Shown here in pieces: positions 52,578 to 63,598 of a DNA stretch of 64,000 nucleotides. The translations under genes were made by a program, and so were the position numbers. This DNA is from an uncultured Acidobacteriota bacterium. Lineage in GTDB: Bacteria; Acidobacteriota; Blastocatellia; RBC074. The notes under the pieces were generated by a model that was given only the letters and a program-made list of their open reading frames with translations, was not told where the DNA came from and searched no databases. Every line of letters begins with the position of its first letter. The first letter of the stretch is position 1. Location of the stretch: positions 480,001-544,000 of the forward strand of contig CAWCKY010000001.1 of the NCBI GenBank assembly GCA_963796275.1, in the 5' to 3' direction.

Positions 52578-52769
52578 CGTGACCACTAAGACCATTCTAT
52601 GATGTTGAACGGGATATGGAGTTTTTCAAGTTTTCCCTTTATCGACTGAGTCTTGAAAATCATCGAGCCTGACAGTTTCCCGAGGAGTTGTCTATGCCGG
52701 GGCGCCAATGCTATCTTATTCCTTAACGTAGCATGTCATCATTATCATATTTATTATGAAAGGTAAGTC

Positions 52770-53706
52770 ATGGAGCTCATCACGCCCGCCGAATCGGCGG
52801 CGGCGCATTCAACGGGAGTCGCGGCGGAGCTATCCTCCAAAAGGCTAGGCTTCGGCGAAAGACTGTCCGCATATCTCGATCTAACGAAACCTCGAATCAC
52901 ATTTCTAGTAGTCCTCTCCGCATTGGCAGGTTTTGCGTTGGGTTCTCCGTCATCGCTCGATTGGCAGGTGTTCGCTCATACGGCATTCGGAATCGCCTTG
53001 CTCTCGAGCGGCATCGGAACGCTCAATCAATATATGGAGAGGCGGCTGGACTCATTGATGCAGCGCACGAAGAGCCGGCCGTTGCCGATGGGGAAATTGC
53101 CGCACAGACACGCATTATGGTTTGGCATCGCGATTTCGGTTTATGCGGAAATTCACCTCGCCTGGTTCGTCAACGCGATGACCGCCGTCCTGGGACTGGT
53201 CGCGCTCACGAGTTATCTTTTTCTCTATACCCCGCTCAAAACTCGCACGCACTGGTGCACCTTCGTCGGGGCGTTCCCCGGGGCGCTCCCGCCCCTGCTC
53301 GGATGGGCGGCCGCACGTAATGGGCTTGGCATTGAGGCCCTGGTATTGTTCGGGATAATGTTTCTCTGGCAATTTCCCCATTTCCATGCGATCGTCCATG
53401 ATGTACCGGGATGATTACGCGCGCGCTGGCATCCGTATGCTCCCGGTCGTCGAGCCCGACGGAAGATCGACTGCGCGGCAGATCGCCGGTTACACGCTCG
53501 CTCTGGTATTCGTGAGTTTGTTGCCCGCTTATTTCAACTTTTCCGGCTGGATGTATCTGGCAGGAGCGATCGTTCTCGGTGCGGCATTTCTCTATGTCAG
53601 CCTGATAACCGCGCGGAAGATGACGTATGATCATTCCAGGCTATTGCTCAAGGCGTCGGTATTGTACTTGCCCTTATTGCTGGGATTGATGGTTATGAAC
53701 CGATAA
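52770..53706 (+). CDS. cyoE: Protoheme IX farnesyltransferase (heme o synthase), frameshift near 53394
   Basis: LTKPRI, D.LMQRTKSRPL, YTPLK, WQFPHF, then YRDDYARAGIRMLP in the next frame. Confidence 0.92.
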
Positions 53707-53725
53707 TTTTTCTTTACCGTTAAGT

Positions 53726-54568
53726 TTATCCGGCTGGCTCTGTGAGGTCGCGATATCCGCCGCTGTGCCACTCGTCGAGTTCTTTCGCACGCAAAATCGG
53801 GAACGGATGTGTGCGATATGTCGTCAGTAAAACCTTATATGCCTTATTTAGAAGGGAAAAGTCCGCGTCCTCATATGCGCGGATCTGTTTGATGAATTCT
53901 GTCCGATCCATCTCCGCATAAAGTCTGCTCGCGCCGCCCGCTAGTTTCATAAAAGTGCGGATGCAGGGGTCCAGGTCTTGGATGCAGAGTAATCCCGCGC
54001 GATCTCCGGTCAGTTCCGCTTTGCGATACCAGTCGAGCAAAGCGATGACCAGACTTTGACCGAGGAGCGAACCTATTCCTAATGTCGCTTGCCCGATGAG
54101 GGCGATGATTTCGGCAATGTTGCGTGCTATGACCGTGTAGAGAACGTGACCTGCTTTTATATGGCCGAGTTCATGCCCGATCACGAAAAATCGCTCTTCA
54201 TCATCGAGCATATCGACCAATCCTGATGTCAGCGTGATGAATGGACGCGTATGGCCGTAAGTGAAGGCATTGGGAACGGGATCGACGGCAATATAGAGTT
54301 CGGGCTCTTCGATGTTAAGTATTTTGCATCCCCAGCCAAGACTACGATAAAGCCGGGGGAATTGCCGCTCCGTCACACGTACGTTCGACGCAGTGTTGTT
54401 GAGGTAAAAAATACGCTCAAGCCCATACTCCATGATCTTGCTGACCACCAGATCTATGCCGGGTACGGACTTGAGCGTCTCCGTAGCGCTTGCATCCCAG
54501 GGATGCTGAAAATCTTTCGCCTCCAGGTTCGCAAAGGTACGAAGCCGCTTCTTTTTCGTTTCGCTCAT
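53726..54568 (-). CDS. M48-family zinc metallopeptidase
   Basis: PNAFTYG, GHELGH, AELTGDRAG, THP. Confidence 0.9.
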   Translation of the reverse strand: MSETKKKRLRTFANLEAKDFQHPWDASATETLKSVPGIDLVVSKIMEYGLERIFYLNNTASNVRVTERQFPRLYRSLGWGCKILNIEEPELYIAVDPVPNAFTYGHTRPFITLTSGLVDMLDDEERFFVIGHELGHIKAGHVLYTVIARNIAEIIALIGQATLGIGSLLGQSLVIALLDWYRKAELTGDRAGLLCIQDLDPCIRTFMKLAGGASRLYAEMDRTEFIKQIRAYEDADFSLLNKAYKVLLTTYRTHPFPILRAKELDEWHSGGYRDLTEPAG

Positions 54569-54619
54569 GGGCCAACCTCGGGCCGTAACTTATCACGAGC
54601 GATATAAAAGCGAAAGACG

Positions 54620-55777
54620 TCAACCCCTGCGATTCTTATCTAATTCGTGGATCTCTGAATCGTACCCTGAAGGGCGTGGTGAGGAAGTAATCACTCGGAA
54701 TGCCGGTGAAGCGTCTGTTCCGGATGACGCCAGATAATCGCCTCGCGCCGGGACGATTACCTGTTGCTCCCGTTGCTCTCTTTGATTGGGTTTCTCGCCC
54801 CCCTGTTTCTGAAAGCCATCCTGCTTCGGGGGCTCGCCCTTCTTGGCCCCGCCTTTGAACTGAAATTCGAAGAGGTCGGGTCGATTGAAATGACCGGTCA
54901 CATCGAGCGTCAAGCTCTCTTCGCGGATGCGCTCGAGATTGATGCGGGCGAGGATGATAACCTCAGAGCCAAACGCCGGACCTGCGACGTAGAGACCTTC
55001 CGGACCGACCACTCCGCTTCCCCCGTTGAGTATATATTCATCATCGTCACCTGGAATGTTGACGAAGGAATCCAACTCTTTGGGAAGATCGCCGCGGCGC
55101 ATGATGCCGCCGGCGGAGACGACGAAGCAGCGGCCTTCAAATGCATAATGTCGGCTGGCGATCTGGTGCATCTCCTTCACAGATGGCCATAGAGCGATGT
55201 GTATGTCCTCGCCGGACATGTGAAGCTTCTGCCGTACAAGCGGCATCCAGTGCTCCCAGCAGATCAACCCGCCTATTCGGCCAACCGGCGTCTCGACAAC
55301 CCGCAGCCCGCTCCCGTCACCCTGCCCCCAGATCAGCCGTTCATTGAATGTCGGGACTAGTTTGCGATGGATGTTGAGGAGATTGCCTTTCGGCCCGAAC
55401 GTAAGAATGGTGTTGTAAAGTGTGCCGCGGCCCGCTCCCTCGCCGACGTGTTCCTGAACCCCCACGACGAGAGTCAAATTGTATTTCCGGGCTGCTTCGC
55501 CCAACGCCTCTGTTACCCGGCTGGGCACAACAACGCTGTTTTCAAGCAACTGAGCGTACAGCCGCTTCATCGGCAGATAATCCCAGATTGCGACATCGCG
55601 GCAGGTATCGAGCCATGCCGGATAGCCGGGAAGCCAGCATTCAGGAAAGACCACGAGCTGTGCCCGCCGCTTCGCTGCCTCAGCTATTAATTCCAGCGCG
55701 CGAGCCAGACTTCTTTCAAGGTTCAAATAAATCGGCGCCGCTTGTACAGCAGCGACCACGACTACGGATGGAGGCAT
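54620..55777 (-). CDS. Nitrilase (carbon-nitrogen hydrolase)
   Basis: FPE..LPGYP, HRKLVPT..ER..WG.GDG, ICWEH (E-K-C triad). Confidence 0.9.
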   Translation of the reverse strand: MPPSVVVVAAVQAAPIYLNLERSLARALELIAEAAKRRAQLVVFPECWLPGYPAWLDTCRDVAIWDYLPMKRLYAQLLENSVVVPSRVTEALGEAARKYNLTLVVGVQEHVGEGAGRGTLYNTILTFGPKGNLLNIHRKLVPTFNERLIWGQGDGSGLRVVETPVGRIGGLICWEHWMPLVRQKLHMSGEDIHIALWPSVKEMHQIASRHYAFEGRCFVVSAGGIMRRGDLPKELDSFVNIPGDDDEYILNGGSGVVGPEGLYVAGPAFGSEVIILARINLERIREESLTLDVTGHFNRPDLFEFQFKGGAKKGEPPKQDGFQKQGGEKPNQREQREQQVIVPARGDYLASSGTDASPAFRVITSSPRPSGYDSEIHELDKNRRG

Positions 55778-56469
55778 AATCTTTCTCCTCGCCTTTGTTG
55801 TGACTGCGTCATAATTTTATGACGTCTTAGGGGCGACGTCGTTAGGGGGGCTTCGTGATCAGAATGACCACGATTGGAGAAGGAAGCCGGTTTGTTCGAA
55901 ATATTTTGCCGTAATTTGAAACCGACTGGGGCAATTCTAAACGGCGGGGCTCCAATTCAATACCATTCCTCAACAAATTTCGCAACCGTTAAATTCTTGT
56001 ACATTTATAAGGAATATCCATCAATGAGCTGGCGCACCAAATCGTCAGTTCTTCCGTACCGATTGGTATGAGCATTTAGCGTATTGGCTGAAACCGGGAA
56101 TTCGATATTGACGCCTGGCGGCTATAAGTTGTGTGATATCTATATGTTGTGGGATGGAGTGGGTAGCCCGGGGCGACTGGCATAGTGATTGTTTCTGTCT
56201 ATTACGGATTCGATGAAGGTAAAGACTAAGGTTCTTTGATATCGGCGCGCTGAGGAGAGCAAGGGGGTATTTCGGAGCCACAGATCGCCTGTGAGTCTTT
56301 GAATTTCTCCGAAGCGCGTCCGTGCTTTTTCCCGGCAACTGCTCGCAGGTTGCACAGGGGAAGTAAGCGCCGCGCGTCAAACGTAAAGGGGGCTGAAAGG
56401 ATTCTTTCAGCGTTTTGGCGTGCGGCGCTTTTTAGTTTTAAAAGCTTTCACACGGAAAGCCGCTAAGCT

Positions 56470-56988
56470 TTACGTGATTTCTCTTATTTTCCGGCAAAGC
56501 AACTTGAATAAAAACGGGTATTGATTTTTATCATCCGCAGCATGATAAATGCTATCACGCACTTCCCATTTCGATTCATCCCACTCAGGAAAGAAAACAT
56601 TGGCGCTGGCCTCCGCCTCAACCAAAGTTAAATACAAACGATCAGCACGACTGAGCGCCTGCGCGTAAATCTCGGCTCCTCCGCAAATGAAGACCTCGGA
56701 CTCGCCTCTCGACCTCGCCAACTCGAGCGCTTCTTCGACTGAATGAGCGATAGAGGAACTTTCAGAATCATCGGGTCCCTGATAGTTTTCATTGCGTGTG
56801 ACGATGATGGTTCGCCTGCCAGGGAGAGGTTTTCCTATCGATTCAAAAGTTTTGCGCCCGACGATGATATGATGGCCCAGCGTCAATTCGCGAAATTTCC
56901 TGAGATCGGCAGACAGGCGCCAGGGAAGCCTGTTATCAATTCCGATACCGCGATTGACATCCATTGCCGCGATCAACGAGACGATCAC
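56470..56988 (-). CDS. folA: Dihydrofolate reductase
   Basis: GTG start overlapping the thyA stop; [31 protein letters not shown]. Confidence 0.95.
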   Translation of the reverse strand: MIVSLIAAMDVNRGIGIDNRLPWRLSADLRKFRELTLGHHIIVGRKTFESIGKPLPGRRTIIVTRNENYQGPDDSESSSIAHSVEEALELARSRGESEVFICGGAEIYAQALSRADRLYLTLVEAEASANVFFPEWDESKWEVRDSIYHAADDKNQYPFLFKLLCRKIREIT

Positions 56989-57779
56989 ACTGACACCTCG
57001 GCCTTGATGTGGGGGTGGAATCGGTAGTTGACCAACTCGAAATCTTCGAACCTGAACTCGAATATATTTTTTATCGACGGATTTAGCTTCATTTGCGGCA
57101 AGGGGTATGGTTCGCGGGAAAGCTGTAGCCGGGCGGCATCGATATGGTTCAGATAAAGATGCGCATCGCCGAACGTGTGAATAAACTCTCCGAACTTCAG
57201 ATCGCAGACCGACGCCATCATCATAGTCAGTAGAGAAAAAGAAGCGATATTGAATGGAACGCCGAGAAGGATGTCGGCAGATCTTTGATAGAGCTGGCAG
57301 GATAGTTTGCCCTGCGAGACATAAAACTGCGCCAGAACGTGGCATGGTTGAAGCGCCATCTGGTCGAGCTCGCCGACGTTCCAGGCGCTGAAAATTATCC
57401 TCCGCGAACTCGGATTGTTTCTGATCTGATCGATAACCTGGCTGATCTGATCGATCGAACGGCCGTCGGACGTGTGCCAAGATCTCCACTGAGCGCCATA
57501 GACCGGTCCTAGGTCGCCGTGCTGGTCCGCCCATTCATTCCAGATCGTCACGCCGTGATCGTTTAAATATTTGACGTTGGTGTCGCCGCGCAGAAACCAG
57601 AGCAGTTCGTAGATAATTGACTTGATGTGCAGTTTTTTGGTCGTGACGAGCGGGAATCCCTCGTTTAAATCGAAGCGCGTTTGATAACCGAAGACCGAGA
57701 TAGTCCCGGTCCCGGTCCGGTCCTCTTTCTTGACCCCGTTCTCAAGCACGAACTTCATCAGATCCAGGTACTGCTTCAT
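56985..57779 (-). CDS. thyA: Thymidylate synthase
   Basis: 264 aa; DRTGTGT, GPVYG.QWR, PCH, YQRSAD..LGVPFN. Confidence 0.97.
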   Translation of the reverse strand: MKQYLDLMKFVLENGVKKEDRTGTGTISVFGYQTRFDLNEGFPLVTTKKLHIKSIIYELLWFLRGDTNVKYLNDHGVTIWNEWADQHGDLGPVYGAQWRSWHTSDGRSIDQISQVIDQIRNNPSSRRIIFSAWNVGELDQMALQPCHVLAQFYVSQGKLSCQLYQRSADILLGVPFNIASFSLLTMMMASVCDLKFGEFIHTFGDAHLYLNHIDAARLQLSREPYPLPQMKLNPSIKNIFEFRFEDFELVNYRFHPHIKAEVSV

Positions 57780-57966
57780 TTTCTCCCTTTTTCTCCCTTC
57801 CTCGAAAGGTTGACGGTAGCACATCTCTCGGATAAAGTTCTAGATGCATATAGCTGGAAAGCATCTTCTATGGCTTTCCGTAACACGATCTTATCGAACT
57901 GTGATTCCCCATTCTCGAGTCATTAGCTTAATCACTCAGACAGAATCGGTACATAGTAAAAAATTG

Positions 57967-60114
57967 ATGACCACAGAAACTGTTGATCATGTTCTGCCTA
58001 CCCGGATCAGCCGTCTGAAAGCGCTGGCTTATAACCTATGGTGGAGCTGGCACCCGGGTGCAAATTGGATATTCCAGCACCTCGATAAAACGCTCTGGGA
58101 ATTGACCCACCATAATCCGGTCGAATTTCTACAGAAGATCGCGCCCGCCAAGCTTGAGGCGGCGGCCTTCGATCCCGCGTTTTTGCGTCATTACGATGGC
58201 GTGGTGCTCACGTTCGATAAGTGTCTTTCAGCGAAGGATACATGGTTTGCTGAAAAATATCCCCAACTGACCGGGCACACGATCGCTTATTTTTCGGCTG
58301 AATTCGGTTTACATACGTCGCTGCCTATATATTCCGGCGGCCTGGGCATACTGGCCGGAGATCATTGCAAAGAGGCGAGCGATATCGGGTTACCTTTGAT
58401 GGGGGTAGGATTCGTATATCCGCAGGGTTATTTTCAACAGCGCATCACATCCGAGGGGCGACAGGAGGCTGTCTATGAAAAGTTCGATTATCGCGCCGCA
58501 CCGATCGAGCCGGTAATTACACGCGAAAGTGAAGGGGGGCTGTTAGCCCTTAATCTGAGCGACCGCGTGATCTATGTCGCTGTCTGGCGCGTGCGCTTAG
58601 GCCCGATCTCCCTTTTTCTCATGGATACCGATGTTGAGGAGAACGAGCCGTGGGATCGCGAGCTGTCCGCTCGGTTGTACGGCGGCGATCAGGAGACGCG
58701 CATCAGGCAGGAGATGGTTCTCGGTATCGGCGGCGTCCGGATGCTCGAGCGCCTCGGAGTCAATCCCTCGGTTTTTCATGCGAACGAAGGTCATGCGGCT
58801 TTTCTCATGCTCGAGCGGATCCGAGGGCTGGTGCAGAGCGGGTTGTGCTTCGAGGAGGCGGTCGAGCGCGTGCGGGCCACGACCATCTTCACCACACACA
58901 CGCCGGTGCCTGCCGGCCACGATGCATTCCCCTTTCAGCTCGTCGAAAAACACTTCGCCAGTTATTGGGATTCTTTGGGATTGGACCGCGAAAAATTTCT
59001 GTCGCTGGGCGAATATACCGATGGAAACGGCGGGGTGAATTTCAATATGACGGCGCTTGCTCTGAGGTTATCTGGGATGCGCAACGCGGTCAGCCAATTG
59101 CACGGAAGGGTTTCGCGCGCGATGTGGCATTCGCTGTGGCCCGAACTGACTGAAGATGAAGTGCCGATCACCTCGGTGACCAACGGTGTTCATACACCTA
59201 CCTGGATTGCGCCGGAGATGGACCGGCTCTATTCCAAATATCTGGGTCGCGACTGGCGCAACCATCACGATGACCCGACGCTCTGGGAGCGCGTTTACGA
59301 TATTCCCGACGAAGAGCTGTGGAATATTCATCTGAAGCTCAAGTACAGGCTGTTGAACTTCATGCGTGAGCGGGCACGCCGGGACTGGATTAGCGAGGGT
59401 GCCGGCCCGATTCGGATCTTGACGGCGGGGCCGTTGCTCAATCCCGATGCTCTCACCATCTGTTTCGCGCGTCGATTTGCAACTTACAAACGCGCGATGT
59501 TGATCCTCCGTAATCTCGACCGGCTGAAACGAATCCTTCACGACGAATGGCGGCCGGTGCAGATAATCTTCGCCGGCAAAGCGCACCCGGCAGACGCTCC
59601 CGGCCGCAACCTGATAAGCGAGATCAACCAGCTCGCGCGCGACCACAATCTGGGAGGGCGCATAGTCTTCGTCGAAAATTATGATATTCACGTTGCTAGA
59701 TATCTGGTTCGCGGCGTAGACGTCTGGCTGAACAATCCCCGTCCTCCGCTCGAAGCCAGCGGAACGAGCGGTCAGAAGGCCGCACTTAACGGAGTTCCGC
59801 ACATGAGCGTCCTCGACGGATGGTGGTACGAAGGCTACAAGGGAACCAATGGATGGGCTATCGATCCCGGTGCGCCTGAAGGTTTGAACGATGAGGAGCG
59901 CGATGCAGCCGATGCCGAAACTCTCTATCGCATGCTCGAAGGAGAGGTAGTTCCGCTCTACTTCGAGAGGGACAGCGATGGAGTTCCCCGACGCTGGGTT
60001 CATCTGATTAAAGAAACTATCCGTACATCAGCGCCCGTCTTCAGCGCGCGGCGTATGGTAAAAGAGTATACCGAGAGAATGTACGTTCCCGCGATGGTCA
60101 ACAGTACGCGATAG
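57967..60114 (+). CDS. glgP: Alpha-glucan (glycogen) phosphorylase
   Basis: AYFSAEFG..YSGGLG, NEGH, TNGVH, ARRFATYKR, EASGTSGQK (PLP Lys). Confidence 0.95.
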   Translation: MTTETVDHVLPTRISRLKALAYNLWWSWHPGANWIFQHLDKTLWELTHHNPVEFLQKIAPAKLEAAAFDPAFLRHYDGVVLTFDKCLSAKDTWFAEKYPQLTGHTIAYFSAEFGLHTSLPIYSGGLGILAGDHCKEASDIGLPLMGVGFVYPQGYFQQRITSEGRQEAVYEKFDYRAAPIEPVITRESEGGLLALNLSDRVIYVAVWRVRLGPISLFLMDTDVEENEPWDRELSARLYGGDQETRIRQEMVLGIGGVRMLERLGVNPSVFHANEGHAAFLMLERIRGLVQSGLCFEEAVERVRATTIFTTHTPVPAGHDAFPFQLVEKHFASYWDSLGLDREKFLSLGEYTDGNGGVNFNMTALALRLSGMRNAVSQLHGRVSRAMWHSLWPELTEDEVPITSVTNGVHTPTWIAPEMDRLYSKYLGRDWRNHHDDPTLWERVYDIPDEELWNIHLKLKYRLLNFMRERARRDWISEGAGPIRILTAGPLLNPDALTICFARRFATYKRAMLILRNLDRLKRILHDEWRPVQIIFAGKAHPADAPGRNLISEINQLARDHNLGGRIVFVENYDIHVARYLVRGVDVWLNNPRPPLEASGTSGQKAALNGVPHMSVLDGWWYEGYKGTNGWAIDPGAPEGLNDEERDAADAETLYRMLEGEVVPLYFERDSDGVPRRWVHLIKETIRTSAPVFSARRMVKEYTERMYVPAMVNSTR

Positions 60115-60189
60115 CGAAAAGGCGGCGGGACGAGATCACCATAAATCCCACAATATACAATATCAAAGAACTTTGTTTCCACATTACTA

Positions 60190-61388
60190 GTACTTTGGCA
60201 ACTATGTGATTTGACACGCGGATCACCATTCCCAGAGCATGGGAAAATGAAAAAACGGCACGTCAAATTAAAAGCAAAAGACCGGGACTATCTGGAGTCC
60301 CTGATCTCCAAGGGGAAATTACCGGCCAAAACTTTCAAGCGAGCCACGGGCTTGCTCGAACTTGATCGCGGCAAGACACTCGAAGCGGTAGCCGAAACCC
60401 TCGGCGTCAGCCGAGTGACGGTCATGGCCTGGCGTGATAAGTACAAAGAGCAAGGCCTCAAGTGCCTGGAAGATGCCCCGCGGTCGGGACGTCCGCCGGA
60501 GATCGACGGCAAGTTGCGAGCGAAGATCACAGCCTTGGCCTGCAGCGAAGCGCCCGAAGGGCATGTGCGTTGGACTTTGCGGTTGTTGGCCGATAAGGTG
60601 GTCGAGATGGGTTATTGCGAAGAGATATCCAAGACCCATATTGGCAACATCCTGAAAAAAACGAACTGAAACCGCACCTCAACAAGACTTGGTGTCTTGG
60701 TAAGATCGACGCGAAGTTTCTCGCGCAAATGGAGGAGATTCTCCGGTTGTATGCGCTGGCCTATGATCCAAACTACCCGGTGGTCTGCTTCGACGAGCGC
60801 CCGTGCTTCTTGATCGGGGAGGAGGTTGAACCGCTGGCGATGCAAAGCGGCCAAGTCCGCAAAGAGCATTACGCTTATCAGAAGAACGGATCGTGTGCAG
60901 TGCTAGCTGCCATCGAACCACTGACCGGGCAAAGACTCGCGCAGGTCTCTTGGCAACGTACTAAGAAAGAGTTCACGCAGTTCGCTCAGAGACTGGCAGC
61001 AGCATATCCGGAGGCCAAAAAGATTCGACTCGTGCTGGACAATTTAAACACCCACCACGCCGGTTCCTTCTATCAAAACTTGCCGGCGGCGGAGGCCTTT
61101 GCGCTGGCGCAACGTTTCGAGTTTCACTATACGCCCAAGTCTGCCAGTTGGCTCAACATGATCGAGTGTGAATTCTCGGCGGTGGCGCGTCAGTGTTTAA
61201 ACCGGCGCATCCCGACTATTAAGCAACTGGAGAGAGATGTCTCGGCGATTATCAAAGAACGTAACGAAAAGAAGATCAAAATCAACTGGCAATTTTCGAT
61301 CGAGTCTGCGAGAAACAAATTGAATCGTCATTATCAGAACGTTTTGCCCGATAATTCAAGATATCTGAAGACTTAGTTGCCAAAGTAC
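60190..61388 (+). mobile_element. IS630-family insertion sequence, 1199 bp
   Basis: Perfect 15 bp IR GTACTTTGGCAACTA / TAGTTGCCAAAGTAC; TA duplicated in a CTAG target (60188-60189, 61389-61390). Confidence 0.93.
60247..61376 (+). CDS. IS630 transposase (OrfA HTH + OrfB DDE joined by -1 frameshift)
   Basis: PRSGRPP, WTLRLLA; A7 run 60655-60661; FDE, VLDNLNTH, SWLNMIE. Confidence 0.9.
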
Positions 61389-61594
61389 TAGGCTGCATTG
61401 AGGGTAATGATGAACCCCAGATTTGTGCACCAATTCTACTGGGGCGGATTTTAATATATGAATGAGATCGGATGAGATTCTGCGTAACACTTGAGCAGGC
61501 TGCCTGGAGATGCCCCCCCCCCATTGAAGAATACGTCATCCCGGTATTGCCAGGGGCTGTATGCACCTTAAATTTATTTTGCTGTTGAATATGA

Positions 61595-61629
61595 TAAGGG
61601 CGAGTTAGTTTCGAACTAACTCGCCCTTA
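61595..61629. terminator. Intrinsic terminator hairpin
   Basis: taagggcgagttagtt-tcg-aactaactcgccctta (16 bp stem). Confidence 0.8.
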
Positions 61630-61660
61630 ATAATCAAACCAGATTCAGGTAACACCGCGA

Positions 61661-62050
61661 TTAGTGAACTTCGGTGATGCTTTCGACTTCAACTATGTCG
61701 CCTTTTAACTTGCCGACAACTTTGAACTTCGCGCCCGTTTCCTTGGAAGCATTCCCAAGAGTGGCTATCGCGAGTTCACTACCTTTTGCGTCAAACGCGT
61801 GGAACTTGCCACCTGAGTAGATGCCGAGACCGCTATTTTTGCAGCCATCTTTATTGACAGCACAGCCATTCTTTCCCGAGTGCCCATTGGCAGCAGACTC
61901 ACCACCTTTAACCACGTTGGCAGAGCAGGCCTTATCTACTATCCAACCCTCTTCCGAGAACGCCTTGGCTTGCCCCTGTGCTGAAGCCGCGACGGCCATG
62001 CTCACAGCAACCACAAGCGCAAACAATGGATAGAACAGTTTCTTAGTCAT
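61661..62050 (-). CDS. Small secreted Cys-containing hypothetical protein
   Basis: Signal peptide; G.IVD..C...H...CA....C...G. Confidence 0.75.
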   Translation of the reverse strand: MTKKLFYPLFALVVAVSMAVAASAQGQAKAFSEEGWIVDKACSANVVKGGESAANGHSGKNGCAVNKDGCKNSGLGIYSGGKFHAFDAKGSELAIATLGNASKETGAKFKVVGKLKGDIVEVESITEVH

Positions 62051-62249
62051 CTATTTCATCCTTTCTTTAACTATTAGTTAACCTATTTCTTAAATGCTTA
62101 ATGCTCTAAGAGAACCCTTGCTTTTTTGTTATCGTTCGGTATTTTTAATCGCGATTTATTTTTTTTAATCACGACAGGGCTTTATGGGGGAAAATCGGAA
62201 TAATCAATGCGCGCTAGAATAGCTCCCGAGCTTATTAAAAGCAAGTATA

Positions 62250-62510
62250 TTACAACGCCCTCGGGCTACGATATTGCTCGTAGCGTCGTGTCGGCTCGTA
62301 TTTATTAGCTGCAAGTACAGGGTCTTTCTTAGGCGGACCTTCTAGGCGGATGATCTCGATCGCTTCCTGATAGACCCGCTCGAGATTTTCCGGCTGAAAA
62401 CCGTTCAGACGACAGGCGCGAATATGCGCCCGAACGATCTGTTCGACGGCTTCCCTACCAGTCTCATCCAATTCCTGGAGCGCACGTAGGGCATGTGAAG
62501 ATAGCTTCAT
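62250..62510 (-). CDS. Hypothetical helical protein
   Basis: 86 aa ORF with RBS aaagga in an otherwise AT-rich intergenic region. Confidence 0.65.
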   Translation of the reverse strand: MKLSSHALRALQELDETGREAVEQIVRAHIRACRLNGFQPENLERVYQEAIEIIRLEGPPKKDPVLAANKYEPTRRYEQYRSPRAL

Positions 62511-62770
62511 ACAGGATACCAGTCCTTTCGCGTAGTTTTACGTAATTTTTATGACTTAATTCCTTTGCTTCTTAGAACTTCAAGGAAGGAACCGCGGGCA
62601 GTGTAACACAGATTTATCGACTGTCTACCAAAAATTTTTTATCGGATGCCCCCTTTTTTACTATATGCAGAATACATAGTTTATCTGTATAAAACGCAGG
62701 TTCAGCGGGTTTTCACCTATGTTAAAATGGCGGTCCTAAGGTTAAAACCCGGATATTGAACAAGCAAAAT

Positions 62771-63586
62771 ATGTTAATTGCCGCTTCAACTTACCTCAAT
62801 TCCGCCCCTCTAGTTTATAGTTTTGGATCTAGCAGGCTGAAGAATTGTTACTCCTTCATTGGCGATGCCGCACCATCTCGCTGCTCGGCGATGCTCGAGA
62901 CACGGGAATGCGAAATAGCTCTCATCCCGGTAATTGAATATCAACGGATTCCCAACCTGAGAATTATTCCGGGGATTGCGGTGGCATCTAAAAATCGGGT
63001 GCGCAGCGTGCTCCTGGTTGCGCGCCGGCCGCTCGACGAAGTGCGAACTGTGGCGCTAGACTCTTCGTCACGTACCTCACAGACTCTGGTGAAGATTCTT
63101 TTCTCTCGACGCTATGGCCGGCTGCCGGATTTCATCCAGCGAACGCCGGATGATGCGCAATTATGCCGGAACATGCTTGAATCCAACGACGCAGCCCTGG
63201 TGATCGGAGATCCGGCAATGCGCCTCGGGGCTTCAGCGCGGGAGTTCGGTCTGCGGATATATGATCTGGCTGATGAATGGCGAGCAATGACCGGGCTGCC
63301 TTTCGTCTTCGCCGTCTGGGCGGTGCGTCAGGATGTACTGGAAATTGCACCCGATATCGTGACCGATCTGATAGCGGCGAAGGTCGAGGGAATTGAAAAT
63401 ATTGAAAATATTGCTTCCCGCTATGCCACGGAGATAGGTCTTCCGCAGCAGGATCTGCTCTCTTACCTGCGCGAGAATGTCAATTATGATCTCGATGAAG
63501 AAAATCTCGCCGGGTTACGACAGTATTTCGTTTTCGCAGAAGAATGTGGCCTGATTACCCAGGCGCGTGAGTTACTTTTTGCATAA
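62771..63586 (+). CDS. mqnA: Chorismate dehydratase (futalosine menaquinone pathway)
   Basis: YLNSAPL, VRSVLL, SSRTS, LVIGD.A, DLADEW..TGLPFVFAVW. Confidence 0.92.
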   Translation: MLIAASTYLNSAPLVYSFGSSRLKNCYSFIGDAAPSRCSAMLETRECEIALIPVIEYQRIPNLRIIPGIAVASKNRVRSVLLVARRPLDEVRTVALDSSSRTSQTLVKILFSRRYGRLPDFIQRTPDDAQLCRNMLESNDAALVIGDPAMRLGASAREFGLRIYDLADEWRAMTGLPFVFAVWAVRQDVLEIAPDIVTDLIAAKVEGIENIENIASRYATEIGLPQQDLLSYLRENVNYDLDEENLAGLRQYFVFAEECGLITQARELLFA

Positions 63587-63598
63587 TTATCCCTGAGT

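Noticed and set aside
56470-57534. 354 aa ORF suggesting an N-terminally extended DHFR or ThyA-DHFR fusion
   Set aside because: The extension overlaps thyA in another frame; the real start is the GTG at 56988 coupled to the thyA stop
61282-61566. ORF possibly interrupted by IS630, with a C10 tract
   Set aside because: The reconstructed empty-site translation shows no protein-like features or RBS
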